Positions 55,846 through 64,000 of a DNA stretch of 64,000 nt are shown here, one piece after another (position 1 is the first letter of the stretch; each line of letters starts with the position of its first letter). The notes beneath the pieces are model-generated. The model was not told the origin of the DNA. It saw nothing but the letters and a program-made list of their open reading frames with translations, and ran no database searches. The stretch spans positions 32,001-96,000 of IMG/VR virus record IMGVR_UViG_3300028591_000090; one strand, given 5' to 3'. The translations under genes and the position numbers were made by a program. The DNA comes from a virus. Taxonomy: Duplodnaviria; Caudoviricetes.

Positions 55846-56443
55846 GAAAATTGAAAAACTATTAGAAATTGTAGAAAAGATTTCAAAAGAAAATGTTAAA
55901 ATCGAAGATGAGGTCTTTTTTAAAGGTAAATGGAAATTTCACGATGTATATGATGGTGTTATAGAATTATACGCTCCAATAAATCAAACAACAGCATGTC
56001 CAATGTTTTGTTTTAAGAGCCACAATATGACAGATAAATATCACATTATATTTGCAGACCCAACACAAAACGACATGAAAGGCACTATATTAACCCCAAT
56101 GCAAATACACGATGTTTTTGGTATTGATATTATACAACTTGAAAAAGACATACTTAAAAGCAGAGATTATACACTCTCTCGACCACAAATTGATTTGATT
56201 GCAGAAGAACTTGCTTCCCATATAAAAATACTAAATGCTTGTAAAGAAGAAAAAACATTAGAAAAAGTAATTAAAAATATGTTATTGCCTTTTACTGGTG
56301 AACAAGGTTCACAAGCAGGAGTGGAACAATTACCAACTTTGGATTATAATGTAGTAAATCCGTCAGAATTTTCAGACCCATCCGACGAGTCAGAAGAAGA
56401 AGACGAAGATGATGATGACGATGACGAAGAATCTTCGTTTTGA
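55838..56443 (+). CDS. hypothetical protein with acidic tail
   Basis: ORF track. Confidence 0.65.
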   Translation: MNKKIEKLLEIVEKISKENVKIEDEVFFKGKWKFHDVYDGVIELYAPINQTTACPMFCFKSHNMTDKYHIIFADPTQNDMKGTILTPMQIHDVFGIDIIQLEKDILKSRDYTLSRPQIDLIAEELASHIKILNACKEEKTLEKVIKNMLLPFTGEQGSQAGVEQLPTLDYNVVNPSEFSDPSDESEEEDEDDDDDDEESSF

Positions 56444-57039
56444 GCATTATCTTGTGCACTATCTTGTGCATTATAGCAGTATTTTCGATTAACAGTATAC
56501 TTTTTACCAAGCAGCTGTAATAATACTTCTATATCTTTAAGACATTCGCCCTCTGCACCACCAACCAACACAATATCACCAGTAATAGAATCTAATATAG
56601 TAACCATTTCTTCTGTTGGGAAAAACCACTTATGAGAACCATTTACTAATACAGCAAAATTGCCATCTTTTGTTTTCCACATTTTCGGCTGTACTACATT
56701 ACTTTTAACCATAGATATTACATCTTGGTAAGTCTTATCGTCAAAATATTTAGAATAATCGTGGATTTCACCATCAGCGTGGTCAACACCATAATGTTTT
56801 CTTATAGCAAATACCTCATTATTGAATTTCTTATCTGGTCCGCTTGCCTTGTGGTCATCCCATATCTGAATAGCAAAAGGAAAATTTAAACAATAATCAT
56901 TTATTTCTTCTGGTAAATTATCCTTACCATTTTTTTTCCACCATCTTTCAAATGGTTTTTGAACATCAACAACAATAATTACTTGATTGTTATATGCTTC
57001 AAAAAGAGGAATTAATTCTATTGATTTTGTTTCGTACAT
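56344..57039 (-). CDS. isochorismatase/cysteine-hydrolase-fold protein with IPLFE motif
   Basis: IIVVDVQ...VLVGG..GECL. Confidence 0.55.
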   Translation of the reverse strand: MYETKSIELIPLFEAYNNQVIIVVDVQKPFERWWKKNGKDNLPEEINDYCLNFPFAIQIWDDHKASGPDKKFNNEVFAIRKHYGVDHADGEIHDYSKYFDDKTYQDVISMVKSNVVQPKMWKTKDGNFAVLVNGSHKWFFPTEEMVTILDSITGDIVLVGGAEGECLKDIEVLLQLLGKKYTVNRKYCYNAQDSAQDNAQNEDSSSSSSSSSSSSSDSSDGSENSDGFTTL

Positions 57040-57156
57040 TTAAGCGAATAAACCTTTTTTCTTATTTATTCACCAAATACAGACAAAAAAAATGCACAAA
57101 ATATATTGGTAAATATTTTGTGCATTTTTACATATAATAAGGTGTATTTCAGATTT

Positions 57157-58260
57157 TTACTTACCTGATTTTCTACTATTCGCAGTTTTTGAAATCATCT
57201 GTAAATTCGATAGAACTGTTTTTCCACCTTTCCACCACGGAACTATATGGTCGGCTTGCATATCTTTAATATCAAACCATTCATTAGTGATAGGACAAAT
57301 ACCTTTTTGCTTTTCATACGCTGTACGTTTGTCACTTTCATTAAAAAGACGCTTTGATAATTTGCATGCAAGATTTTCATCCTCACCACTCAATATATAT
57401 TCGTACACACCTTTTTTATCAGTAACTTCTTCATTAGCCATAAGTTCATTTACTTTTTCTTCTATCTGTTTTGCGTCATACATATTATTATGATAAGTAT
57501 TATATAACCGTCCCCAATTAAGCCCACTCATTTCTTTACGGTAATTCTTTTCACCAAATGTCGTATTAATCCAATTAATTACACTCTGAAAATAAAGCCA
57601 TAATTCATTCGCATTAATATCATGCTGATGTTCAGACATATACCTTGCGATATTTCCATCGCTAATCCAATCAAGAACAGTTTCAAGATACTCTTGACGA
57701 ATAGGTGAACCTTTGACATATTTGTTACCAAGACGATATGCAACACAGTTTGTTTTTGAAAATTTTTGTTTTGCGTCCGACAACCATGTTCCTATATAAT
57801 TAATATTCAATAATTCTTGTTCTGTCAATTTTTCTCCTGCAATATTTACTGTACGAAACCAATCAAGACGCTCTTTGTCATTTCCCTCACAAACATATAT
57901 CATCAGTTCGTAATTTAAAATTTGCTCCTTTTCTGTATCTGTCAAGTTTGAAAAATTACGCTCATTAATTGAGAAACCTCCCTTTACAAGATATTGGCAA
58001 ATTGAAATTGTACGCTGTTGACCATCAAGAAGTTCAAACGTACCATCGTCATTACGAACCCAATACATGGTATTCAATGGGAATCCTTTCATGATGGTTT
58101 CAATTACTGCGTTACGTTGTTTGTCATTGTAACAAAATTCTCTTTGATAAGGCGGTCTGATATTCAACAATCCGTGAAAACCAATTACACCTTCTTCCTC
58201 ATTATTTACGTATCCGTCAAATAAATCTTTTACTTTAACTTGCTTTAATTCTATCTTCAT
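57157..58260 (-). CDS. DUF262 plus HNH endonuclease (GmrSD-like)
   Basis: RPPYQREF, LLDGQQR, F..VN.AG, ADHIVPW..GG.T..SNL.......N..K. Confidence 0.85.
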   Translation of the reverse strand: MKIELKQVKVKDLFDGYVNNEEEGVIGFHGLLNIRPPYQREFCYNDKQRNAVIETIMKGFPLNTMYWVRNDDGTFELLDGQQRTISICQYLVKGGFSINERNFSNLTDTEKEQILNYELMIYVCEGNDKERLDWFRTVNIAGEKLTEQELLNINYIGTWLSDAKQKFSKTNCVAYRLGNKYVKGSPIRQEYLETVLDWISDGNIARYMSEHQHDINANELWLYFQSVINWINTTFGEKNYRKEMSGLNWGRLYNTYHNNMYDAKQIEEKVNELMANEEVTDKKGVYEYILSGEDENLACKLSKRLFNESDKRTAYEKQKGICPITNEWFDIKDMQADHIVPWWKGGKTVLSNLQMISKTANSRKSGK

Positions 58261-58283
58261 AACTTTTATTTTTTAATTTGGTT

Positions 58284-59234
58284 TTACTTTCTTTTAATTA
58301 ATATACGGAAATATGGACATTTGCCATTTACTGATAAGTCTTTGTCATCATCTCCCTTACGGAATTTTACAATTTCAAACTGGTCTGATGAGGTGTGAAT
58401 CAAACCATCACTCCACAAATATTTTAACGTCGTAATTGGTACGCCAATTACACCATCATAATCAACAGGAATATCAACTGCTTTATCACAATTTATTGCG
58501 TCATAATTATCATATTTCGGATAATCTTCTGGCGTATATTTCTTGTATAAAAATAAAACATCTCTCTTTCTATCATTACTTATGTTTGTAAACCAACAAA
58601 TTGAATTTACTTGTTTATAGATGCCGTCTTCCCTTTTTTCATATCTATCATTATCTAATAAATAACCATCTGGTACTTTAAAAAATGGCATTTTTCCAGT
58701 AAACAATGTCCTTCCTAACCATACTTTCCCTTCCTTAATATAAGGAAAAAATTCTTTATATGTTATAGCATTTCCATTAGCCAAAATCAAAAATTTCTTA
58801 TCATATTCCATCAGTTGTGCGACATATTCTTTGAATAAACTAAACGGAGGGTTTGTAACAACGACATCTGCTTCTTTTAGAAATTCAATACATTCTTCGG
58901 AACGAAAATCACCGTCGCCTTTTAGTTCAGTAACCTTGATTTCTTCGTTGTCAACAATATGGTTGCCGTTCTTGTCACCCTCGTATATAAGGACAACACC
59001 CTTTTCATTCTCTTTGTAACCAGTCGCAATTAACTTTTTTAATCCAAGTTCCTCAAATCTGTTACTAAAATACTTAAAAAAATTACTCTCTCTTGCATCG
59101 TCACAATTACAATATACTGTTTTTCCAGCAAAGAAATCGACATAATTTACTAACTCCTTCTCGATGTCTGTCAATTGTGTGTAAAACTCATCATTTTTTG
59201 CTTTTTTCGCTTGATGTAAATTTGAATTTTTCAT
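58284..59234 (-). CDS. adenine-specific methyltransferase, EcoRI-like family
   Basis: KNDEFYT, VYCNCDD, GDFRS.EC, TNPPFS, YDNYDAIN, GVPIT. Confidence 0.88.
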   Translation of the reverse strand: MKNSNLHQAKKAKNDEFYTQLTDIEKELVNYVDFFAGKTVYCNCDDARESNFFKYFSNRFEELGLKKLIATGYKENEKGVVLIYEGDKNGNHIVDNEEIKVTELKGDGDFRSEECIEFLKEADVVVTNPPFSLFKEYVAQLMEYDKKFLILANGNAITYKEFFPYIKEGKVWLGRTLFTGKMPFFKVPDGYLLDNDRYEKREDGIYKQVNSICWFTNISNDRKRDVLFLYKKYTPEDYPKYDNYDAINCDKAVDIPVDYDGVIGVPITTLKYLWSDGLIHTSSDQFEIVKFRKGDDDKDLSVNGKCPYFRILIKRK

Positions 59235-59319
59235 ATCTTTTACTTTTTTAATTCAACGATGCAAATATAAACATATTTTTCAACAGATTCAAATTTTTAG
59301 AAAAAAAAGTTAAAATATT

Positions 59320-59808
59320 TTAACTAACAATACATAAAATTACATATTCTTCCCAATCTGTTGTTTTCTTTATAAAGAATAATTCATATAGAGCATCAAA
59401 CCAAGTCCACGGACCCTTAATACATTGATTCTTTTCCTCTGACACCTCAAGAAGGTTTATCATCGAACAAAGGTAATTCTTGTCATTATCCTCCATTCTT
59501 TGAATATAATTCTTTGTATGTTCCTTGCATTTTTCGATGCATACGTCAAACAGTTCTTTGTCGAGGACACCATATATTATATCACATTCGCTGGGAAGTT
59601 TTTCAAGTGTAAATCTTTTCAGTTTCCCTTCTCTGTTCATGTCCTCAATTATTTGTGTACAAAAGTCACCTTGTAACTTTATTATGTTGTTTACCTCAAA
59701 AAAATGTTCCAAGTCATTATCATATTTTTCAACTTCTTCTTTTGATTTTTCAAGAAGACGATTCCAAACATAAACTGGTAATCTATACATTGTATTTCGA
59801 AAACTCAT
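59320..59808 (-). CDS. hypothetical protein
   Basis: ORF track. Confidence 0.65.
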   Translation of the reverse strand: MSFRNTMYRLPVYVWNRLLEKSKEEVEKYDNDLEHFFEVNNIIKLQGDFCTQIIEDMNREGKLKRFTLEKLPSECDIIYGVLDKELFDVCIEKCKEHTKNYIQRMEDNDKNYLCSMINLLEVSEEKNQCIKGPWTWFDALYELFFIKKTTDWEEYVILCIVS

Positions 59809-59810
59809 AT

Positions 59811-60563
59811 CTAAAAAAGACTTAATTGTGATGTTTCATTTTTTATTCTTTTCTCTGCCATTTCAACATATTTTTGCGATATTTCAGAACCAATATAGTT
59901 CATTTTATATTGAATAGCACCCAACGCTGTTGTTCCACTTCCCATAAATGGGTCATAAACAATACCATTTTCTGGGCAACAAGTAACAATACAATTACAC
60001 GTCAATATCTTTGGAAACGGTGCTGGGTGGTCATTCTTTTCTTTAATAATTTTTCCAACATCAATATTCCAAACACTCTGACGATAAAAAGATTTATCTT
60101 TGTCAAAATAAAACTTTTCTGTATCTTTTACAATCCAATAAATATATTCTGTTATCGGTTGAAAATAATGTGGGTCATTCGCCAATGAAGAACCTCTATT
60201 CCAAATTATTTGTTGGTGCAAAGGAAAATCATATACCCACTTTGGAGCAACAACCTTATTATGTACCAAAATATCTTTATGGTTATAAAATAAAGAACCT
60301 GTTGGTTTTAGGATTCTCAAACATTCTGATATTACTTTCTTTTGCCACGCTTCATATTCTTCTGGCAACATAGCGTCATCGTATGTATCGTATGCTATTT
60401 GTCTACCTCTTAATGCTCCCCACGATTTTGAATCGCCTGTTTTAGGAGCATAAATGTTTTTATTATAAGGTGGCGATGTTACTATAACATCAACAGAATT
60501 GTCTTCTATCTTCGACATTGTAACAAGACAATCTTCGTTGTAAATCTTATTTAATTCTATCAT
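59811..60563 (-). CDS. DNA N4-cytosine/N6-adenine methyltransferase (beta class)
   Basis: TSPPY, HPAPFP, YDPFMGSGTT; start moved to MIELNK. Confidence 0.9.
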   Translation of the reverse strand: MIELNKIYNEDCLVTMSKIEDNSVDVIVTSPPYNKNIYAPKTGDSKSWGALRGRQIAYDTYDDAMLPEEYEAWQKKVISECLRILKPTGSLFYNHKDILVHNKVVAPKWVYDFPLHQQIIWNRGSSLANDPHYFQPITEYIYWIVKDTEKFYFDKDKSFYRQSVWNIDVGKIIKEKNDHPAPFPKILTCNCIVTCCPENGIVYDPFMGSGTTALGAIQYKMNYIGSEISQKYVEMAEKRIKNETSQLSLF

Positions 60564-60640
60564 TCTATTATACTTTGTGCGGCAAATATACAAAATATTT
60601 TTGTTAAAACAAAGACTAAATAACAAAAAAAACATTCCTC

Positions 60641-61342
60641 GTGGAAGTTAAAGATGTCCAAAGTTTATACAACAGAACATTCGGTTCTTTAAACAAAAGT
60701 GAAGAATCCTATCTCGCTTTTGTAGAACTTCTATATAAATTCAACCTCATAGATGACTCGTTATACTTTGACCTAAAACAAAGAGCCACGACATCTTCTT
60801 TTGATATTGTCGGAGAGTCATTTTTAACAAAACCAATACAAACAATACCTTTATTTGAGGCATTTTCTGAACTTTTCGACGAAGAAGAAAAAGCACTTTT
60901 AGGAGAAATTTATGATAATTTAGAAACTGCCAATCATATTGTTATCAAACTAACAGATGACAAATTTCAAAATCAACAATATGATAAATGTTACGACGAC
61001 AAAGGTCTTGTTATATGGAAAAATATAGAGACAGATGATATTATCGACAGAGATAAGGCTGCTGAACTTGTTAATGACTTATTAAACGATTTTGGCAACA
61101 CAATGGTAATGAGAGATGATTATCTTAATGTGATTAGAGGTGTTGAAGGAGAAAAATACTTTGATGAATACGGCATGTACAAGAAATTAAGAACATTCTT
61201 CAAAGATATTGTTGGTGGTGAGCCGGAAGATAAAAAATCTTGGGAAGATTACTTAAATTATGTAAAAGACGCAGGAATTATCACAAAACAACAAGTTTCA
61301 AAATTATCAAAACTTTTTATAGATGGCAAAGAGTACAATTAA
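60641..61342 (+). CDS. hypothetical protein with internal IPLFE motif
   Basis: ORF track; upstream TAAATAA. Confidence 0.6.
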   Translation: MEVKDVQSLYNRTFGSLNKSEESYLAFVELLYKFNLIDDSLYFDLKQRATTSSFDIVGESFLTKPIQTIPLFEAFSELFDEEEKALLGEIYDNLETANHIVIKLTDDKFQNQQYDKCYDDKGLVIWKNIETDDIIDRDKAAELVNDLLNDFGNTMVMRDDYLNVIRGVEGEKYFDEYGMYKKLRTFFKDIVGGEPEDKKSWEDYLNYVKDAGIITKQQVSKLSKLFIDGKEYN

Positions 61343-61463
61343 ACAGAAGTTAGCACAAAAGAAGACTAAAAAGTTCTCACAACAACCAAAATTACAGCGT
61401 GGTTCGAGCAGTAGTGCTTCTGGCGTTAAATTAAAACGTCGTGGTTGTTGTGGTAAAGTGTAA
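61323..61463 (+). CDS. 46-aa basic peptide ending RRGCCGKV
   Basis: Hand-translated; overlaps the upstream stop and fills the gap before primase. Confidence 0.5.
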   Translation: MAKSTIKQKLAQKKTKKFSQQPKLQRGSSSSASGVKLKRRGCCGKV

Positions 61464-62636
61464 TTATAACAAAAGAGCGTCTATATTGTTTATTGCCCAC
61501 GGATTTGGATTATAAACTGTCATTTTCTTTGCAATATATTCATCAAATCTCTCTTTTGTGAGACAATTATTGCTTTTTGAATACAAAAAGTTAAAAAGTT
61601 CATTTATATCGTGTATCTTATTGATAGCCGTAATATCATTCCAAAATTTTTTCTTTAAATTTTCAATAATTTCAGTCCATTTTAGAATATTATAGTCTGT
61701 TTTCTTTATCATCTTTGCAACAGAAGCAAATCCAGCACTATCTCTATCAAATAATATGTTTATTTTATCACTTTTTATATGATTTAATACAAAACCAATC
61801 TTTGTAGAACCTTGAACTGCAAGGTAATTATCTAAAAACATTGCATCAAATTGTCCCTCTGTAATGTTTATCGGTTTTTCAAAGTCAATATTCAATATAT
61901 TGTAATACGAAGATATTAAATCAAGAAAATCTATATCTTCTTGCTTTATTTCTGTATCTGGTTTCCAAAATTTAAGAAAATCAGAATACATTTTTATGAT
62001 ATAAATCTTTTTACCAACAACAGAACGTGTTGCAAAACTTAAAATTCTATCTGTTTTATCATCTATATTGAGAATATAAATTTGTCTATCGCTTCTATCT
62101 GCAAAAACACGTCTATGAATATCTGGTATTGAATATGCACAACGATTATTCAAAAATTTAAATGTATTTGTCGTTGTTGAAACATATCTAATATCAATAA
62201 GACCAAACCAAACCATTAAATTTTGAACAGTTGGTAGTTTTTGTAGCAAATCCATATCTTCAAGATAATCGTATATCGTATTATCCTTTGTCGCAACAAG
62301 ATTATTATACGCTTGGTTTTCTGTTTCGGCTAAATTTATCTCATTAAAGTCTATATTGTTTATATCTATCGAATATTCATTGGACCATTTAAGAATAAAA
62401 TTTGATAGAGATACAGAAGTGAAACAACCACCATTAAAACATCTATATCTCTTTGAACGTGAATATAAATTACCACGTGGAGTTGCATTTACCGTATGCG
62501 TATCACCACAATAGGGACAATAAAACCTTAATCCTTTATCGGTTTTCTTTACCGTATGCTTAAACGGCTCATCTGGAAACCTTTTAATCATTAAGGTTTT
62601 AATAAATGATTCTATGCCTTCTTCTAACTCTGCCAT
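61464..62636 (-). CDS. DNA primase, T4 gp61-like
   Basis: CPYCGD...RCFNGGC Zn finger; TOPRIM ITEGQFDAM, LFDRD. Confidence 0.85.
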   Translation of the reverse strand: MAELEEGIESFIKTLMIKRFPDEPFKHTVKKTDKGLRFYCPYCGDTHTVNATPRGNLYSRSKRYRCFNGGCFTSVSLSNFILKWSNEYSIDINNIDFNEINLAETENQAYNNLVATKDNTIYDYLEDMDLLQKLPTVQNLMVWFGLIDIRYVSTTTNTFKFLNNRCAYSIPDIHRRVFADRSDRQIYILNIDDKTDRILSFATRSVVGKKIYIIKMYSDFLKFWKPDTEIKQEDIDFLDLISSYYNILNIDFEKPINITEGQFDAMFLDNYLAVQGSTKIGFVLNHIKSDKINILFDRDSAGFASVAKMIKKTDYNILKWTEIIENLKKKFWNDITAINKIHDINELFNFLYSKSNNCLTKERFDEYIAKKMTVYNPNPWAINNIDALLL

Positions 62637-62711
62637 ATGTCTATTTTCGCAACAAAGATACTACATTTTTTCGTTTTCTCAAATAAATAAAGTAAAATTA
62701 TTTTTTGTGTA

Positions 62712-64000
62712 ATGGTATCAGACAAAGAAATCAACTCTTTATTGTTGAAATTCAATAAAATACATAAATCAAACATTTCTGCAAGACAAGTAAAATATTA
62801 TACTATTGCAGAAACTTTAAATAGACTAACAGAGGGAAAAGCAAATCTTCCTACAACAGACTATGTAAGACATCAATTATATGAATCTGGTTTGTCTTTT
62901 GATGAAATGTATAAAATGTCTGATAGATTCGCTAACCAACTGATATTGGAAAATTCACCAGACGATTGCTTTTCACAAGAATCACAAAAGGTATTAAATC
63001 AAAGCAATATGCCAAATGATACAGAAGAAAATACCAACAACGAAGAAAATACCGATAACAATAATAATATCGAAGAAGATGAGGGAGATGTAGAAGGAAG
63101 CGAATACGACGCAAAAGAAGGCGGTTTTAATCAAGGTGGATTTAACGATGATGATTTTAAGAAAATGTCTGTATCTAAAGAACAACAAACAGCGGATTCT
63201 GTACGATTAGGCAGACAAGATACATTTGCTCATAGAGAACAAATGGCTAAAAACGCAGAAGAAAAACAACGTAATGAAGAATTGTCAAATAAAGTTAAAC
63301 AAGGAACATTAGATGTTGATAATCTCGAAATAACAGTTGATAGATTAGAAAGAGGTTGGGGTAATGGTGAACACCCATATACAACTGGTAAAATGTACAT
63401 AAACGGTCAATTTTTCTGTTATACAATAGAAAACTACGACTTTACTTATGTTACTGGTAAAAGAAACTCTAAAGATATAAAACTTAAAATTGATAAACTT
63501 AAAAGAGCATTTAATAAAATCGTAAATGGTGTAACACAAAATGCAAAAGTAGCAATTCCTGCAGGACAATATGTTATTTCTAATCAACCAACAACAAAAT
63601 ATAATAAAACAGGTAAAGTTCAAAATTTGCAAGCAATATACAAATATCAATGTGTTAAAGACCAAAACGGTAATTGGAAACCATTGATTAAAAATGGACA
63701 TAAAGTTTTTATGACAATTGGCAACCAACCAAATGGAAATGCTATCGTCCCTCGATTAAATGCAACAACACAAGATTGTGGTTTTGCTGGTATTTTAATT
63801 CATGGCGGTTTTAATCCATCATTTAGTAACGGTTGTATATTAATTGTAGACGAAGAACCTAAAAACGGTGTTGTTAATGAACCAGATAAAACAATGTTAT
63901 CACACTCCAAACAAGTATATGATAAACTATGGAATATGATTCAAAGAACACAATCAAAAGGTGGTAAAATCACCATTAATATAAATGCCGATAACGAAAA
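62712..64000 (+). CDS. partial protein with DUF5675-like (L,D-peptidase-fold) domain
   Basis: Open to window end; YTTGKMYINGQFFCYTIE, AIPAGQY, GILIHGG....SNGCIL. Confidence 0.7.
   Translation, partial: MVSDKEINSLLLKFNKIHKSNISARQVKYYTIAETLNRLTEGKANLPTTDYVRHQLYESGLSFDEMYKMSDRFANQLILENSPDDCFSQESQKVLNQSNMPNDTEENTNNEENTDNNNNIEEDEGDVEGSEYDAKEGGFNQGGFNDDDFKKMSVSKEQQTADSVRLGRQDTFAHREQMAKNAEEKQRNEELSNKVKQGTLDVDNLEITVDRLERGWGNGEHPYTTGKMYINGQFFCYTIENYDFTYVTGKRNSKDIKLKIDKLKRAFNKIVNGVTQNAKVAIPAGQYVISNQPTTKYNKTGKVQNLQAIYKYQCVKDQNGNWKPLIKNGHKVFMTIGNQPNGNAIVPRLNATTQDCGFAGILIHGGFNPSFSNGCILIVDEEPKNGVVNEPDKTMLSHSKQVYDKLWNMIQRTQSKGGKITININADNE

Noticed and set aside
62932-63728. Minus-strand ORFs at the window end
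   Set aside because: Shadows of the long plus-strand ORF from 62712, which the track missed because it lacks a stop in the window.
1-64000. Genome-wide stop-codon reassignment (code 15, 4 or 25)
   Set aside because: Conserved genes are full length under code 11, and TAG and TGA terminate genes at sensible, tightly packed positions in this window; recoding elsewhere in the genome is not excluded.

Overview
AT-rich, gene-dense segment of a large (probably jumbo, T4-like) dsDNA phage infecting a Bacteroidota host. Host inference: recurrent TAnnTTTG -7 promoter elements and a T9SS-cargo-like protein. The standard genetic code fits, with TAA, TAG and TGA all used as stops. Contents: replication/recombination genes (UvsW-like and Dda-like helicases, gp61-like primase), two sigma factors, nucleotide enzymes (dUTPase, dNMP kinase, NUDIX), an RNA ligase, four DNA methyltransferases plus a DUF262-HNH nuclease, a proteostasis block, a ~10 kb glycan-biosynthesis cluster and two TnpB elements. 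The centrepiece is a ~6.5 kb minus-strand RNA operon (15.5-22.0 kb) with 23 recognisable tRNAs, ~8 tRNA mimics and several unannotated structured RNAs. Main candidate novelties: (1) a ribosome-dependent attenuator ahead of the tRNA operon whose 30-codon leader uses 26 different codons and 18 amino acids, a possible pan-tRNA depletion sensor; (2) an orphan copy of the TnpB omegaRNA with a new guide abutting a tRNA 5' end; (3) an exon-less group I ribozyme-like RNA in a direct-repeat-flanked cassette; (4) a tRNA-Gly-derived UGA-reading tRNA; (5) rRNA-operon-like boxA elements and a leader-trailer inverted repeat bracketing the tRNA operon. All calls were made by eye from motifs; no database searches or folding software were run.
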